Origin: Eledone cirrhosa
Lineage: Eukaryota
Assembly (NCBI GenBank): GCA_964016885.1
Contig: OZ024742.1
Span: 172,050,001 to 172,114,000 of the forward strand
Direction: 5' to 3'
Length of the DNA stretch: 64,000 nt
The notes below the pieces were generated by a model. That model had not been told where the DNA came from. It worked only from the letters and a program-made list of their open reading frames with translations, and searched no databases. Position 1 is the first letter of the stretch, and the number at the start of each line of letters is the position of its first letter. Positions 60,992 through 64,000 of this stretch are shown piece after piece. Both the position numbers and the translations under genes were made by a program.

Positions 60992-61435
60992 ATAAAATAT
61001 TAAAAAAATAATGAATAAAACAATGAAACAGTTCCTTATATTAAACAAAAAAAGTTCATTATTTAACGATCGTTTCTAGGATATATATGTGTTAGAATTG
61101 GCATGCATATTCAACAGATCTATGTACAAAATTATACAAAATTATACAAACTATCAAGATTAAATATACATACCAAACACACATATATGCCGTCTTCAGA
61201 AATAAATATATTTATATATATTTATTTCTGAAGACGGCATATATGTGTGTTTGGTATGTATATTTAATCTTGATAGTTTGTATAATTTTGTATAATTTTG
61301 TACATAGATCTGTTGAATATGCATGCCAATTCTAACACATATATATCCTAGAAACGATCGTTAAATAATGAACTTTTTTTGTTTAATATAAGGAACTGTT
61401 TCATTGTTTTATTCATTATTTTTTTAATATTTTAT
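60992..61435. repeat. Near-perfect 444-bp palindrome, each arm containing a long-stem-II hammerhead (61223-61367 + and its mirror)
   Basis: Arms are exact reverse complements apart from a central mismatch; TATTT-CTGAAGA-116 nt-GAAA-CGATCG-TT-AAATA. Confidence 0.93.
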
Positions 61436-61621
61436 CTTGACTCTGTATTCCGTTTATCTTTCACCGGAAGTGATTTTTCATTGCATCTCTTCTTTCCAGG
61501 ATATCCGGACTACATTGAGTTCTTCATACGGATTGGACACTACCGTAAACTCTTGGTAGATTTATCTACATAAGTATATATATATATAAATATATATATA
61601 TATAAATATATTTGTATGTAA

Positions 61622-61698
<77 letters not shown>

Positions 61699-61721
61699 TA
61701 TTTATATATAAGTATATATAT

Positions 61722-61752
<31 letters not shown>

Positions 61753-61893
61753 AATATATTTACAAATAAGTTTACATATATAAATATATATATATATATA
61801 TATGAATATATATATAAATATATTTATATATAAGTATATATATATATATATATAAGCATATATTTAAATATATTAATATATAAGTATATATAT

Positions 61894-61924
<31 letters not shown>

Positions 61925-61941
61925 AATATATTTATATATAA

Positions 61942-61978
<37 letters not shown>

Positions 61979-61991
61979 TATTTATATATAA

Positions 61992-62068
<77 letters not shown>

Positions 62069-62474
62069 TATTTATATATAAGTATATATATATATATATA
62101 TATATAAATATATATATATATAAATATATTTATGTATAAGTATATATGTATATATATATATATATATATATGTAGGAGGTGAGTTTTATTGTAGTACAAT
62201 AAAGCAATGCAGATGCCGGATAAGAAGCACTCTACAGTTTATAGGACTGGAGTATATATAATATATAATAACGAAAGATTGTTAAAAGAGTTCCATGTAT
62301 TTTATTATGCGCATATGTTGATTTAATACTGCACTATCCACAAGTGTTTTTTATTCTTCATATCATGTCTTCCTGTTTTATCTGATGAAAACACATATAT
62401 TATTGCATGATGATATTTGCTTTTGAAATGCGCATAATAAAATACATTGAACTCTTTTAACCATCTTTTGTTCC

Positions 62475-62512
<38 letters not shown>

Positions 62513-62513
62513 T

Positions 62514-62545
<32 letters not shown>

Positions 62546-62553
62546 TATATGTA

Positions 62554-62661
<108 letters not shown>

Positions 62662-62730
62662 TACATATATATAAATATACATATATATAAATATACATAT
62701 ATATATATATATACATATATATAAATATAC

Positions 62731-62761
<31 letters not shown>

Positions 62762-62817
62762 CTTATATATATATAAATGTATTTATATATAAGTATATAT
62801 ATATATATACTTATATA

Positions 62818-63315
62818 GGTACCTCCGTAAAAACACTTATTAGCTAGACATACCCATTTCAAAGACCCCCCTGCATAGATAAGAAACGTATAACTTGTAA
62901 AATAAGCCCCCATATTAACTGTAAAACTAGAAATGTATTGTATAGGATAAGATGTACTGAAGGACAATGTAGAGACAAAAATATAGTGTACATAGGTGAG
63001 ACAGCTCGTAGTGTAGGGGAACGGATAAATGAACACTGGCGAGACCTTCAAGATAATAAAGAATCATCTGTACTCTACCAACATGCTAAAATAGAACATA
63101 AGGGTAAATTAGAGAACATAGAAATAAAAATAGAATCTACACACAAAAAAGACGCATTGTTTAGACAAATCACAGAGGCAATAAACATAAAAGAATTACA
63201 ACCAAAATTAAATAGAAAATATGAGTGGAACAGCAACATCACAACTTACAATTATGGACAAAATGAAAACACACACACACATAGAACAAACGACCAACCG
63301 GTAACATGTAAATAA
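62818..63315 (+). pseudogene. Penelope-like element ORF C-terminus: Cys-rich linker plus GIY-YIG endonuclease (Neptune-like)
   Basis: [89 protein letters not shown]; one in-frame stop. Confidence 0.92.
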
Positions 63316-63655
63316 ACAAATAAATAAACGAATATAAACACACACAGACACCCAGATGTGGCGCATGCGCAGACTGAGCACACATCACACACACAGAAAC
63401 AAAATGGCGTAGGACAGAACAAAGCGGAGGCACAAAGACAACGAAAATAATCCCCAGTCACTGAAGAGGACACAGAATGTGTGACGAAAAATTTGACACT
63501 ATATAAACAACTATCTGGTTGTGGAACCAACCAACCAGAAATGTATAAACTTATAAATTCCTAAATTTATAAATTTATTATAATAAATTGAAGTGAAAGC
63601 AACTGGTGGGTGTGTTTCTTATTGGCAACATGACCCTCCCAAAGTATAACAATAT
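62818..63655 (+). mobile_element. 5'-truncated Penelope-like retroelement with 3' pLTR and HHR at 63457-63497
   Basis: GIY-YIG ORF followed by GTCA-CTGAAGA...GAAA...TGAC; flanked by (TA)n. Confidence 0.9.
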
Positions 63656-63659
63656 AACA

Positions 63660-63723
<64 letters not shown>

Positions 63724-64000
63724 GTTTATTTATATATATATATATATTCATTAGTTAGGCAAAACAAGACCACATATTTCACAAGGAAGACATTATTAAA
63801 AGATTGTCAACATATTTCAGTTTGATGTAAGGAATGTAGAGAATAATAATAATAATAATAATAATAGTGTCCGTTTCAATTGTTTCGCTACTGCATATGA
63901 TATTTCTGGATCAGATGACTATATATCATAATTGATCTAGTTAAGTTGAAAATAATTAACATATTTAAAAGACAGAGCGGCTCCTCGGAACTTCAAAGGA

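Overview
Eukaryotic, extremely AT-rich intergenic or intronic DNA dominated by (TA)n, (CA/TG)n and (GA)n microsatellites. The repeat content looks like an octopus or other cephalopod genome (inference). Almost every [15 protein letters not shown] in the track is a microsatellite artefact. The real content is a retroelement graveyard: three co-oriented CR1/L2-group LINE copies (1.7-13.0 kb), an RTE-type LINE with a clean 5' inversion, GIY-YIG fragments from at least two Penelope-like element (PLE) lineages, many tRNA-derived SINEs (including a head-to-tail array), minisatellites, and one plausible host signal-peptide exon on the minus strand. The main unannotated signal is that most of the short unique islands between the (TA)n tracts carry type I hammerhead ribozyme (HHR) motifs, about 15-20 loci from roughly a dozen families. 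Several have very long rod-like stem II insertions (about 36-116 nt, with G-U wobbles), palindromic stem III, or variant cores (UUGAUAA, CCGAnGA). They also occur as back-to-back palindromes and as a 317-bp tandem retrozyme-like unit. All structures were folded by eye; no database search or folding program was run.
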